A stretch of 51,836 nt of DNA from Acidobacteriota bacterium (GTDB lineage Bacteria; Acidobacteriota; UBA6911; RPQK01; JAPXNP01): NCBI GenBank assembly GCA_030597245.1, contig JAUVSF010000001.1, positions 1 through 51,836 of the forward strand. Direction: 5' to 3'. Shown here one piece after another: positions 27,250 to 36,779 of the stretch. The notes below the pieces were generated by a model, which saw nothing but the letters and a program-made list of their open reading frames with translations, did not search any database and was not told the origin of the DNA. Numbering within the stretch: the stretch's first letter is position 1; each line of letters opens with the position of its first letter. Position numbers and translations under genes: made by a program.

Positions 27250-29793
27250 TCAGACCGCATGTCTTCTTGTGGCGTTTGAAGAACCCGCCGTGGCTTGATC
27301 CAGTACGGAAGCGAGCTTCTCCATGGTGAACGGTTTGTTCAACACTGCACTGAAACCATGTTTCTCGGGGTTGGCCATGACTGTGTCCGATGAGTACCCG
27401 CTTGACACGATCGCCTTCACATGCGGATCAATCTCTAGAAGCTTCCGCATCGCCTCTTTGCCGCCCATGCCGTCACGGACCAGCAGGTCAAGGATCACGG
27501 CATCGAAGGGGCGCTGGAGACGTGCCTCTCGTTTGTACACTTCAACTGCTTCGAGCCCGTCAGAAACCACCACCACGTCGTATCCCAGTTCGTGGAGCAA
27601 CTCACCGGCACACTCCTGGAGCAAGGGATCATCATCCATTACGAGTACACGGCCGGAGCCTCTAATGAGAGCGGGCGTAACATCTTCAGGTTCCGACTCC
27701 GCAGGCTCTCCGGTGGCTGGGAGGTAGAAAGCAAAGGTTGTGCCTTTGTCCACTTCCGACTTTGCCGAGATGCGGCCCCCGTGGCGGTTAATAATGGAAT
27801 AGACACTCGCCAGACCCAAACCGTGACCGTCCGGTTTCGTGGTGAAATAGGGTTCGAATAGTCTCTTCAGATTCTCCGTTGAGATACCCACCCCTTCGTC
27901 CTCAACGCTGATTTTTATGTTATCTCCGGGCGGGAGTTCAAAATCGAGATCCAACTCCTGGATCTGATGGTTGTGGGCCCGGATTACCAAAGTGCCGCCG
28001 CGTGGCATTGCCTGTTCACCATTCATCACCAGGTTGTTTATCACCTGGTTGATCTGACCTCGATCAAACTCGGCGCCCCAAAGAGCTTCCGCCACGTCAA
28101 ACTTGAATCTGACGTCGGTCGATCTAAGTGAGAACTTTCTGGCTCCCAATAAGAGGTTTCGAATCGACGCTGCTTTCTTAATGGGAGCTCCGCCTTTTGC
28201 GAATGTGAGCAACTGTTGAGTTACATCACATGCATCTCTGGCGACATCTTCGATGCTCCGAAAGTATTGCGCCGGATTTCGACCTTGTTCCATGACCCTC
28301 AGGCCCATCTGGCTTTTCAACAGAACCGCCGCAAGGAAGTTGTTAAAGTCATGGGCAATCCCTCCAGCCAGGAGGCCCAATGACTCCATTTTCTGGGCCT
28401 TCAGGAGTTCTTCCTCCATCCGTTTCCGGTCGGTAACGTCCCCGAAGACGAGGACGGCACCCACGATCCGGCCTGTCTTCCCGAAAATCGGTGATGCACC
28501 GTGGGAGATGAATCTTTCCGACCCTTCCTTCGGGACCAGGACAATCGATTCGCTCCGAGGAGAGACCATTTTCCCCGTACGAAGGACCTTTCTCGCAATA
28601 TCTCGAAGCGCTCGACCGGTTCGGGAATCAACGATTCGGAACACTTCGCTGAGGGGTCTGCCTCTTGCTGCTTCCTGCGTCCAACCTGTCAGCCTCTCAG
28701 CCTCCGCGTTGACCAGATCGACTTCTCCTGACGTGTCTGTGGTAATAACTCCATCCCCGATACTCCGGAGTGTCACGGCCAGGCGGTCTTTCTCTGCTGC
28801 CAGTGCTTCCTCTGCCCGGATCCTGTCTCCTATCTCTTTGGTGAGATACCTATTTGCCCGACTCAGATCGGCCGTTCGCTGAGCGACTCTGATTTCCAGT
28901 CCCTCTTTGGCCCGCTGCACCGCCTCTTCAGCCTGAGTTTTCTCCCTGAGAAGCTCTCGTGTTCGCTCCAAGTGGGATTGGGTCTGCTTGATACGATCCA
29001 GATTCGCCTTGTAGGCAAAATAGACCAGCAGAACGGTGGGTGCCACCAGGATAACGGAAAAGGTGGCCTGTCCGAGGAAGACAAAAGTGAGTGTGGCAAG
29101 GGTTGCACCCGCAAATTGAGTAACCCAAGCCCAAGTGAAATTCTCACGCCAGAAACGAAGAACACTCTCCCCGGCTGTTAACACCATCGCGCCAGAAACG
29201 ATGCCGGTATTCAGCAGGAAGTATATTAACGCGCAAAATCCCAGTTCACAGAGAAGTGTGACGAGATCGACGTCGCCACCCGGCTCGAGAGGCTCGAGCC
29301 GCCCCTCGAAACGATAGAAGATATGTGCAACCAGAAACGCTGTCAGAGCCATCTGCGAAAGGTTGAAGAGCTGTTTGTAGCTTCCAACTACGCGAGTTCT
29401 GAGGTTCATCGTAAAGCCTTCGGCGACTGCGGTAATGGTGGCCACGGCCGGGCCATACGAGAGAATGGCCAGGAAGACAAAAAAGTCACCCATCGCAACT
29501 GAAACAGATTGCTTCCGGCCTCTGGTCGCGGGAAGGGTGAAGACGAAATTGCTAGCCAGAACTGTTAAGAGGACAAGTGAAATCCACCCTAACTCAGGGT
29601 GTCTTGAGGCCACAAAAACAGAATAGAAAAAGGGGATCAGCCCGGAACAGATCACCAGGCCGATGTAGATTCTAGCTGGGTGCGGGACGGACTCTGGAAA
29701 AAAGGGAGTCCTGACGTTACGGTGCAGATAAGAGAGGATCGAGCTTTTGTTCAAGGTGCCAATATTGGCCACAACTTGTCCCCTCTCTGCCAT
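27250..29793 (-). CDS. hybrid sensor histidine kinase: polytopic membrane sensor, coiled coil, PAS, HisKA, HATPase_c, REC
   Basis: About 7-8 N-terminal TM helices. PAS (SIGDGVITTD), H-box GGIAHDFNNFLAAV, G-boxes (DEGVGI, GHGLGLA), receiver (VLVMDDD...ILDLLVRDGMGG...K). The track ORF extends to 29889; ATG 29793 is preferred. Confidence 0.88.
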   Translation of the reverse strand: MAERGQVVANIGTLNKSSILSYLHRNVRTPFFPESVPHPARIYIGLVICSGLIPFFYSVFVASRHPELGWISLVLLTVLASNFVFTLPATRGRKQSVSVAMGDFFVFLAILSYGPAVATITAVAEGFTMNLRTRVVGSYKQLFNLSQMALTAFLVAHIFYRFEGRLEPLEPGGDVDLVTLLCELGFCALIYFLLNTGIVSGAMVLTAGESVLRFWRENFTWAWVTQFAGATLATLTFVFLGQATFSVILVAPTVLLVYFAYKANLDRIKQTQSHLERTRELLREKTQAEEAVQRAKEGLEIRVAQRTADLSRANRYLTKEIGDRIRAEEALAAEKDRLAVTLRSIGDGVITTDTSGEVDLVNAEAERLTGWTQEAARGRPLSEVFRIVDSRTGRALRDIARKVLRTGKMVSPRSESIVLVPKEGSERFISHGASPIFGKTGRIVGAVLVFGDVTDRKRMEEELLKAQKMESLGLLAGGIAHDFNNFLAAVLLKSQMGLRVMEQGRNPAQYFRSIEDVARDACDVTQQLLTFAKGGAPIKKAASIRNLLLGARKFSLRSTDVRFKFDVAEALWGAEFDRGQINQVINNLVMNGEQAMPRGGTLVIRAHNHQIQELDLDFELPPGDNIKISVEDEGVGISTENLKRLFEPYFTTKPDGHGLGLASVYSIINRHGGRISAKSEVDKGTTFAFYLPATGEPAESEPEDVTPALIRGSGRVLVMDDDPLLQECAGELLHELGYDVVVVSDGLEAVEVYKREARLQRPFDAVILDLLVRDGMGGKEAMRKLLEIDPHVKAIVSSGYSSDTVMANPEKHGFSAVLNKPFTMEKLASVLDQATAGSSNATRRHAV

Positions 29794-30190
29794 TCCAAAG
29801 ACGCGCACTTGATGGCAGGCGAAACTGTGGGCGGCTTTCGACACGACAGCCGGTGAACCCTTGTCCGGTAGGGGCTCAGCCGCAACCACTCACCATCATT
29901 GATACCCATCGCCTTGTTTGCGCATCAGTTGCCACGTACTGCCGCCCAGTTCAGGCGGTTCTAGCATAGGGTACGGCGAGCAACATTTCTCCCTGTGTGA
30001 GGAGAATCACCAGAGGCAATCACAGAAGCCTCCAAAATGCTGATAATGAAGACAGTGAGTGTATCTGGGACGTCCAGTTTGATGGATTTGTGCAGTGCAG
30101 GAGTCGTGCTTCTATCACACTCCAGACATTCACCGCAGAGTACTTGTGAACCGGTACTACACTGGCACGTTTCCCTGGGAGTGATTTCTC

Positions 30191-30985
30191 ATGTCTGATT
30201 CACAGGAATCCAATGTGGAGACAGTTAGCGGCGGCGGGTGGCGGGCTGAGTATACAAAGCTGGACGGGGTCGCCCTGGCAACTGACCGTATTGCTCACGA
30301 TTTCAACAATCTTCTGAGCGTGATCATTTCAAACCTCGATCTTCTGGAAAGAAGGATCGATACTTCGGAACCCTCGTATCGTTGCGTGGACCGCAGCCTA
30401 AGGGCTGCACTCAGGTGTGCCGAATACACCGAGGAACTTCTCAGCTATTCGCGAAAGCACTCGTTCAATTCAACTTCGCTCAATGTCAATGAGTCGATCG
30501 AGAACTGTGTCTCCGGCCTGAACAACGGAGACGCTTCAAGCGTGGAGACTAGTCTCCACCCCAACCTTTGGAACACGCTTGTCAACCTCGAGGACTTCTG
30601 TGAAAGTCTGAAAGCCCTGATTAGTAACGCTACCGAAGCAACAGACCCCAACGGGAGGGTTATCATTACAACTGACAATACTTCCACCGACCTGGGTGGG
30701 AGACGGGTGGCGTTAGATGTCCCTCCCGGGGAGTATATTGTCGTCCAAGTGGTTGATGACGGGATAGGAATGGACGAGGACGTGCTCGAGCGGGCAGTTG
30801 ATCCTTTCTTCTCGACCAAGTCTGCGATTCACCACAACGGGATGGGTTTGAGCCGTGTCTTCGGCTTTGTAAGGAGGTCCCGGGGTCACTTGGAAATTGA
30901 CTCGGACGCAGGGGCGGGTACTACTGTCCGAATGTTTCTTCCGAGAGACTCGAAGCCTTATTCCGAAATCCAGGAAGGTCGTTAA
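30191..30985 (+). CDS. soluble histidine kinase with no recognisable sensor domain
   Basis: H-box RIAHDFNNLLSVI, N-box ISNATEA, G-boxes DDGIGMD and GMGLS. Only about 30 aa precede the H-box. Confidence 0.85.
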   Translation: MSDSQESNVETVSGGGWRAEYTKLDGVALATDRIAHDFNNLLSVIISNLDLLERRIDTSEPSYRCVDRSLRAALRCAEYTEELLSYSRKHSFNSTSLNVNESIENCVSGLNNGDASSVETSLHPNLWNTLVNLEDFCESLKALISNATEATDPNGRVIITTDNTSTDLGGRRVALDVPPGEYIVVQVVDDGIGMDEDVLERAVDPFFSTKSAIHHNGMGLSRVFGFVRRSRGHLEIDSDAGAGTTVRMFLPRDSKPYSEIQEGR

Positions 30986-32179
30986 ATGGTCAAGCCGGCT
31001 CTGAAACTTCTAGTAGTCGACGATGAGGTGGAGTTGGCGGCTACGGTGAGTGATCTTGCCGAAGAAATCGGCTTTCGGCCCTCGGCGACATCCAGCCCTG
31101 AGGAGTTCAAGCACATCTATAATCACGACTTTGATGTGATTGTCCTTGACCTCTTGATGCCCGAAGTAGATGGAATCGAATTGATACGTTTTCTCGCCGA
31201 AGCAGGCTGCGAAGCCTCAATCGTCCTGATGAGTGGATTTGATGCCCATGTCCTTCAGGCGGCAGCGGAACTCGCACGAGCTCAGGGGTTGCGCGTCGTA
31301 GGCAGTGTCAGGAAGCCAATCCGACTGGATGAACTGGAATCGATCCTGATAAGCGCTACTACCCCCGAAAGAACAAATCTGCATCCCGTGTCGAGCGGCC
31401 CAACCGCCGATGAGCTCAAGACGGCGCTGGAGGAAGGGCAATTGCATGTTTTCTATCAACCCCGTATCTCGTTAGAGAACGGCTCCGTTGTGGGCCTCGA
31501 AGCCTTAGCTCGGTGGCGACACCCCCGGCACGGCTTTTTCCCCCCGTCTCTATTCATCCCGCTAGCCGAGCAAACCGGACTGATCGAACCATTGACAGAC
31601 ATCGTTCTCCGTAGAGCATGTGCTCAGTGCGGACCTTGGCTGAAGGAGAAGCTTATCTCGGAAGTCGCCGTCAACATGTCAGCTCAGATGAGGGATTTGG
31701 AACTTCCAGAGGCGATCCTTTCAACTCTGGGAGAATTTGGGCTAACTGCCTCTCAGCTTGTCATTGAAATCACCGAGACTGCCTTAATGAGAGAACTGGT
31801 GAAGTCGCTGGACGTGTTGACAAGACTTCGTATGAAGGGAATCCTCCTGGCCATTGACGACTTTGGCACCGGGTACTCCACGATGCAGCAACTCCAACGG
31901 TATCCATTCAACGAAATCAAGATTGACAAGTCCTTCGTAAAGAATCTCCCTACCGATGATGAATCGCGAGCGATCGTAGACACGACAATCGAACTCGGTC
32001 GGCGGCTCGGGATGAGAGTAGTAGGTGAAGGAGTGGAATCAGTAGGCGCTCTCGATTATCTGCGATCGCAAGGATGCGACCTGGCGCAGGGTTTCTTCAT
32101 TGCGAAGCCGATGCCTGCTGCAGCGGTGGATAACTGGTTACGTTCTGCCGAGAGGACAGGCCAATTCACCCCGGCGTAA
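30986..32179 (+). CDS. response regulator, REC-EAL (c-di-GMP phosphodiesterase type)
   Basis: LLVVDDE...VLDLLMPEVDG receiver. EAL domain motifs GLEALARW, DDFGTGYS, IKIDKSF, GEGVES. The ATG immediately follows the HK stop (taaATG). Confidence 0.9.
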   Translation: MVKPALKLLVVDDEVELAATVSDLAEEIGFRPSATSSPEEFKHIYNHDFDVIVLDLLMPEVDGIELIRFLAEAGCEASIVLMSGFDAHVLQAAAELARAQGLRVVGSVRKPIRLDELESILISATTPERTNLHPVSSGPTADELKTALEEGQLHVFYQPRISLENGSVVGLEALARWRHPRHGFFPPSLFIPLAEQTGLIEPLTDIVLRRACAQCGPWLKEKLISEVAVNMSAQMRDLELPEAILSTLGEFGLTASQLVIEITETALMRELVKSLDVLTRLRMKGILLAIDDFGTGYSTMQQLQRYPFNEIKIDKSFVKNLPTDDESRAIVDTTIELGRRLGMRVVGEGVESVGALDYLRSQGCDLAQGFFIAKPMPAAAVDNWLRSAERTGQFTPA

Positions 32180-32298
32180 ACAGACGCTATCCACCCTTCT
32201 CAAACGGTAACCTCACACAGCCAAACCACCATCCTGAACATAGATGCCATAAAGCATTTGCCGAGTGCACCGGAAACGATCTGTTATTCTAGTTAGGT

Positions 32299-32751
32299 AT
32301 GTCCGAGAAAGGTCTTCTCCGCTGGGACTTTCTGGCAGATGACTTCTCTCTTCGCTTCGAAATAGAGATTCAAGCGAGCGTCGAAGCCATTGAACCGGTG
32401 GTTGGCAAAATCATGGCCGTGGTCGATGAGTTTGGGTGCGCAGTGGGCCACGAGTTTGAAGTGGACCTGGCTCTGCGTGAAGCACTGTCAAACGCGATTC
32501 TTCACGGCTGTAAATCTGACCCCAGGCACGCTGTCTGCGTAAGCGTTGGCTGTGCGAAGCCGATGGGAATCCTGATCACCGTGCGGGATCCAGGCGAAGG
32601 GTTCGACCCAACTTCTATTGCTAGTCCCATCATTGGCGAGAATATCTATTCCAGTCATGGTAGAGGTATCTTTCTAATCAATCAGCTGATGGACGAAGTC
32701 CATTTCGAGCGGGGCGGTACAGAGATACGAATGATCAAGAGGGGGGAGTGA
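32299..32751 (+). CDS. anti-sigma-factor-type serine kinase (RsbW/SpoIIAB-like, HATPase_c_2)
   Basis: 150 aa with ALREALSNAILHG (N-box), VRDPGEGFD, GRGIFLINQLMDEV. Confidence 0.8.
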   Translation: MSEKGLLRWDFLADDFSLRFEIEIQASVEAIEPVVGKIMAVVDEFGCAVGHEFEVDLALREALSNAILHGCKSDPRHAVCVSVGCAKPMGILITVRDPGEGFDPTSIASPIIGENIYSSHGRGIFLINQLMDEVHFERGGTEIRMIKRGE

Positions 32752-32855
32752 TCCCTTTGCCCTTGCCTCCTCCGCTCTCCTTGCAGTAGAGAAGCTGTCA
32801 CAGGCTGGGCGCCTATGTTTAGCTGGCCGGTTGGGGAGAAATGCGGGCTAAGCGA

Positions 32856-34175
32856 TCAGCTCTCCTCTTGAGCCCGCCGTCGCCCCTCCTCCACATCTAC
32901 AAAACTCAAGAGAACGGCACCAATAACGAAGAACACGACGATCGACAAAATGCTGAGCCGGCTGCTTCCAGTGCCCTGACTAACCAAACCGAAAAGGAGT
33001 GGGCCGAGTATTCCAGCGAACTTGGAGCTGGCACTGAAAAAACCGAAGAACTCAGCTGACTGACTCTTTGGAACCATTGAGGCGTAAAGAGATCGACTCA
33101 GAGCCTGCGTGCCCCCCTGAACGAGACCCACCGTGAAAGCCAGGATGTAAAAGTGGACAGCTGTGGTCATGAAGAATGCCCCGACAGAGATTGACGCATA
33201 CACGGCCAAGCCGATGAGAATGGAGGGCCTGGTACCGATGCGACCAGCCAGCCGGCCAAACCCAAAGGAACAGGGAATTCCCACAAACTGAGTGATGATT
33301 AGAGCCAGAACCAGATCGAAGACGTCTATACCAACTTCATCCCCGTAGGCAACCGCCATCTTCATGATCGTGCCAATGCCATCGGAGTACAGCCAGAAAG
33401 CTAACAGGAATAGCATGAGTTGACGGTACTTCATGACGTTTCGGAACGTCTTCACCAGTGAGCGAAACCCCGCCTTCACTGGATTCTGGCGGAGAGTCGG
33501 GGTTTGACCCAAAGGTGGTTCCGGGACCCGTCTGAAAAGCGGGATAGAGAAGAGTGCCCACCAGACAGCGACACTCAGAAAGCTGAGCTTGACAGCGGCA
33601 GCCCGGTTGGGCAGGAAAAACACCTCGGGATAGGCGTACCAAAGCATGTTAATTACGAGAAGGACCCCTCCCCCAAGATATCCAAGGGCGTAGCCTTTCG
33701 TTGAAACCCGGTCGATGTTGTCGGGTGTCGTGATGTGAGGCAGGAGCGATTCGTAGAAAATGTTTGAAGAAGCCACCGCAACATTGCCGGCGATGAAAAG
33801 CAGCGAGGCCAGGAGGTAGGTGTCTTCACCCAGAAACACCATCATCCCCGTGGCCAGAACGCCCAGGCTCAGGAATGCGGCTATGAACTTCTTCTTTCCT
33901 CCCGTCTGATCACTGATCGCGCCCAGGAGCGGACCAATGACCGCCACAATCAGCAATGCCACCGAGGTCGTATAAGCCCACGATGCTGTCGCATTGGCTT
34001 CGCTCAAGCCCGCCGATGTTGCGAGAGATCGATAGAAGGGAGGGAACATCGCGGCCATGATAGTCGTGTAGAAGGCGGAGTTGGCCCAGTCGTACATGGC
34101 CCAGGCATTGATTACTTTACGCCCCGCGTCTTTGGGCATAAGCCATGATACCCGAGCATGTATCTTCGCGACCAT
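32856..34175 (-). CDS. MFS transporter, UMF1/Atg22-like family
   Basis: NAWAMYDWANSAFYTTIMAAMFPPFY N-terminal signature and about 12 TM helices. Alternative start at 34139. Confidence 0.85.
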   Translation of the reverse strand: MVAKIHARVSWLMPKDAGRKVINAWAMYDWANSAFYTTIMAAMFPPFYRSLATSAGLSEANATASWAYTTSVALLIVAVIGPLLGAISDQTGGKKKFIAAFLSLGVLATGMMVFLGEDTYLLASLLFIAGNVAVASSNIFYESLLPHITTPDNIDRVSTKGYALGYLGGGVLLVINMLWYAYPEVFFLPNRAAAVKLSFLSVAVWWALFSIPLFRRVPEPPLGQTPTLRQNPVKAGFRSLVKTFRNVMKYRQLMLFLLAFWLYSDGIGTIMKMAVAYGDEVGIDVFDLVLALIITQFVGIPCSFGFGRLAGRIGTRPSILIGLAVYASISVGAFFMTTAVHFYILAFTVGLVQGGTQALSRSLYASMVPKSQSAEFFGFFSASSKFAGILGPLLFGLVSQGTGSSRLSILSIVVFFVIGAVLLSFVDVEEGRRRAQEES

Positions 34176-34317
34176 GAGAGACGCTCACAGCCTACCCGGC
34201 AGAGCATCCTCTACATGAGCCTGTTTCTAGACTGTTCCCTGGTATGAGAAGGCGATGAGGGGAACTGATCAGCTTCTTCGGCGAGGTACAGGTTGAGTCC
34301 CCCTGCGTAAGTCTGGC

Positions 34318-34638
34318 TTACCCGAAGGCATCAACCTGAGTTCTCAGGTAATCCTCGACGCTACCGCAGACCAGATCACAAAGATCAAAGACTGTCGAGT
34401 CCGCTATGCTATAGAAAACGTGCAGACCCTCTTTCCTTCGCTTGAGTATCCCGGCGTCAGCCAGCGTATGCAGATGGCGGGAGACATTAGCCTGATGGGC
34501 TCCACTAAGCTCAACAAGTTCACCGACTGATTTTTCCCCGCCCATCACCGACATGACAAGTTGGAGGCGAATCGGCTCACTCAATGCTTTGAAGCGCCGG
34601 GCCACCAGTCTCAGAGCTGTGTTTGATAACTTTTTCAT
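34318..34638 (-). CDS. ArsR/SmtB family transcriptional regulator
   Basis: FKALSEPIRLQLV...SVGELVELSGAHQANVSRHLHTLADAGILKRRKEG winged-HTH. Confidence 0.9.
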   Translation of the reverse strand: MKKLSNTALRLVARRFKALSEPIRLQLVMSVMGGEKSVGELVELSGAHQANVSRHLHTLADAGILKRRKEGLHVFYSIADSTVFDLCDLVCGSVEDYLRTQVDAFG

Positions 34639-34670
34639 TATCCTTGGCGTCCTAGGTCAATTGGACAGGA

Positions 34671-34702
34671 GTCCGGTGGGGACCTTCCGACTCCCACCGG
34701 AC
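34671..34702. other. perfect 10-bp GC hairpin between the cytochrome-like gene and arsR
   Basis: gtccggtggg-gaccttccgact-cccaccggac. Located inside the 81-nt intercistronic gap of the minus-strand operon. Confidence 0.6.
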
Positions 34703-34719
34703 CCATGGCCTAAAACAGG

Positions 34720-35043
34720 TCACTTGTCCGCGATGGCTGAAAGTAACGGATCTCCTTCATAGCCCAGCGACAGCCAGTCGATCCTACCACCCTCCGAATG
34801 GCAGTCCAAACACTTGAGGGCGTTCCTAGCCCGTACAACCTCATGGAAAATCCCCATGTAGCAGACAGTATTCACACAAGTGTACTCGATGTCACCCCGT
34901 TTGAAGTTTGGCCCTCGGCCCGAGTTTGCATAACACCGAAGACACATGGTCCTCTCAGGGAGGGAGATTCGCTTGGATACCGAATCCAGCCCCACCCGAT
35001 TCTTCCAGAGTAGCGGCTTCCATTCGTGTGGGTTTCGACGCAT
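34720..35043 (-). CDS. small Cys-rich cytochrome c-like protein (one intact CXXCH)
   Basis: 107 aa. CLDCHSEGGRIDWLSLGY resembles the last heme site of NapC/NirT-type or multiheme cytochromes. Two upstream sites read CLRCY and CVNTVCY. No obvious signal peptide. Confidence 0.5.
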   Translation of the reverse strand: MRRNPHEWKPLLWKNRVGLDSVSKRISLPERTMCLRCYANSGRGPNFKRGDIEYTCVNTVCYMGIFHEVVRARNALKCLDCHSEGGRIDWLSLGYEGDPLLSAIADK

Positions 35044-35121
35044 TAAATACCCACTTCTTGCCTTACACTGGTAGAATATCTATAAAAGGGTGCTTTTGGG
35101 GACTTTGGTCAAGAGGTAATC

Positions 35122-35460
35122 ATGAAGATCCAAGTACGGCAGACAGGCGGCGTTTCTGTTCTGGAATTGAACGGTCGCCTCACCGTCGACGACGGCGTCC
35201 GGGAGCTCAGGGGAAAGGTGAACGACCTCCTGAAAGAGGGAGAGTACCAGATCATACTCAATCTGCACGGTGTGAATTACATGGACAGCACCGGTGTTGA
35301 CTGTCTCGTGTCCTCATATACGACGACGATCAAGCGAGGAGGAGAGCTTAAGTTCTCCTGTCTGTCCGACAAGGTCCATCGTCTGCTCGACATCACCCGG
35401 CTGCTGACTGTCTTCGACACCTACGAAGATGAAACTCAAGCCGTGGCGAGCTTCAAGTAG
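35122..35460 (+). CDS. STAS-domain anti-sigma-factor antagonist (RsbV/SpoIIAA-like)
   Basis: VLELNGRLTVDD..., conserved phospho-serine context NYMDSTGV, LLDITRLLTVF. Confidence 0.88.
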   Translation: MKIQVRQTGGVSVLELNGRLTVDDGVRELRGKVNDLLKEGEYQIILNLHGVNYMDSTGVDCLVSSYTTTIKRGGELKFSCLSDKVHRLLDITRLLTVFDTYEDETQAVASFK

Positions 35461-35518
35461 AAAGCGGGCTAGATGGCGAACCCGAGCACGGAGGCCCGGC
35501 CTGAAGGGCGTGTTGCCT

Positions 35519-35711
35519 AGAAGGGCACCCCGCCCAAATCCGAATCTCGAAGTTCGAAATTCGAAACAAATCGCAAGCTCGAATATCTAATGACTGAAAC
35601 AGGCAGTCGCTGATAAGCTATTTAGAAGCAGTCACTTCAAGTCGTTTAGACCTTAGAACTTCTGATTTCGAGCTTCGAGCTTGGTCTGTTGGGTTTGGGC
35701 AACAGACCCTA
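35519..35711 (-). repeat. MITE-like ~190-bp repeat, copy 2 (inverted relative to copy 1)
   Basis: See copy 1. The outer end contains the hairpin ggtctgttg-ggtttggg-caacagacc (35683-35708), which abuts the mscS-like stop codon at 35709-35711. Confidence 0.85.
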
Positions 35712-36779
35712 AACACTTCTGGTGTAAAGAGTTTGGGTGGGGAAGGCAAAGTCCAGGCCATGGGCATTGAACTCCACCAGGATCGCCCTGTTGAGGGCCG
35801 ACTGGGTTTCGAGAATGTCTGCCCCCTTCTTAATGAAGTAGATGAGAAGAAGGTTCAAAGAGAAGTCCCCGAACTCAGTAAATGCGACGCTGACCTTTTC
35901 CTCAAGGTTCGGGTTGCCTGCAGTGATTTCCTTGAGAAGCTCCAAGGCCTTGTCCATCTCATCAGGCGTTGTGTCGTAGACGAGCCCAAGTTTCACCTTC
36001 ACCTTCCTGGAAGGCTCAAGGCTTACATTCTCCACAGGACTGTCCGCAAACTTCGAATTAGGAACCGTAACCACTGTTCCGTCCAGTGTTTCGATCCGAG
36101 TGCTTCGCAGCCCGATCTCTCTCACAACACCATCGTAACCGGCGATTCTCACGCGGTCATTCAGAGTCAAGGGTTTGTCGGTGAAGATTGTGAATCCACC
36201 GAAGATGTTGGCAATCGTGTCCTTAGCTGCCAGGGCAAATGCGAGACCTCCGATTCCAAGACCAGCGACCAACGCTCCAACATCGTAGCCGGCATTGTCC
36301 AGTGCAATTATCAGAGCGACACCCCAGATCACCCCCTTCGCTACTTTCCGTAGTATTGGGAGCAATTGGTCATCGAGGTTGCTATCCGATGCTTCCGCCC
36401 ATGGAACCACGTATTGCTTAAAGAGCGCGTCGAAAAGGCGCGACACAAGCCAGGCTACGGCAAGTATCATCAAGACGTTGAAGACATAACCAATCCAAGT
36501 CTCCAACCCTTCGGGGAACGATAGCGTCCCAAGAGCGAACCGAATTCCGACGAAACTGAGCATTACAGCAATCGGCTCCTCGATCATGTCGAGGACGATG
36601 TCATCCAGCGCCGTTTTGGTCTTCTGAGCCAGCTTCCTTGAAACACGGGCGAAGATCCAATAAGCGATCCTGGCCACAACAACAGACCCTACGGCTAGAA
36701 GAAGGGCGATAAGCCAGGCTTCTCCGGTGTTTCCAAAAAACTCTCCAGTCAGTATCTCTTCAGGCATACTGTTCTCCAT
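35709..36779 (-). CDS. mechanosensitive ion channel, MscS family
   Basis: IANIFGGFTIFTDKPLTLNDRVRIAGYDGVVREIGLRSTRIETLDGTVVTVPNSKF, with three to four N-terminal TM helices. Confidence 0.9.
   Translation of the reverse strand: MENSMPEEILTGEFFGNTGEAWLIALLLAVGSVVVARIAYWIFARVSRKLAQKTKTALDDIVLDMIEEPIAVMLSFVGIRFALGTLSFPEGLETWIGYVFNVLMILAVAWLVSRLFDALFKQYVVPWAEASDSNLDDQLLPILRKVAKGVIWGVALIIALDNAGYDVGALVAGLGIGGLAFALAAKDTIANIFGGFTIFTDKPLTLNDRVRIAGYDGVVREIGLRSTRIETLDGTVVTVPNSKFADSPVENVSLEPSRKVKVKLGLVYDTTPDEMDKALELLKEITAGNPNLEEKVSVAFTEFGDFSLNLLLIYFIKKGADILETQSALNRAILVEFNAHGLDFAFPTQTLYTRSV

Noticed and set aside
30150-30190. Sigma-54 promoter upstream of the soluble histidine kinase (ctggcacgtttccctgg)
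   Set aside because: The -24 TGGCAC is present but the -12 element reads CCTG rather than TTGC at the required spacing.
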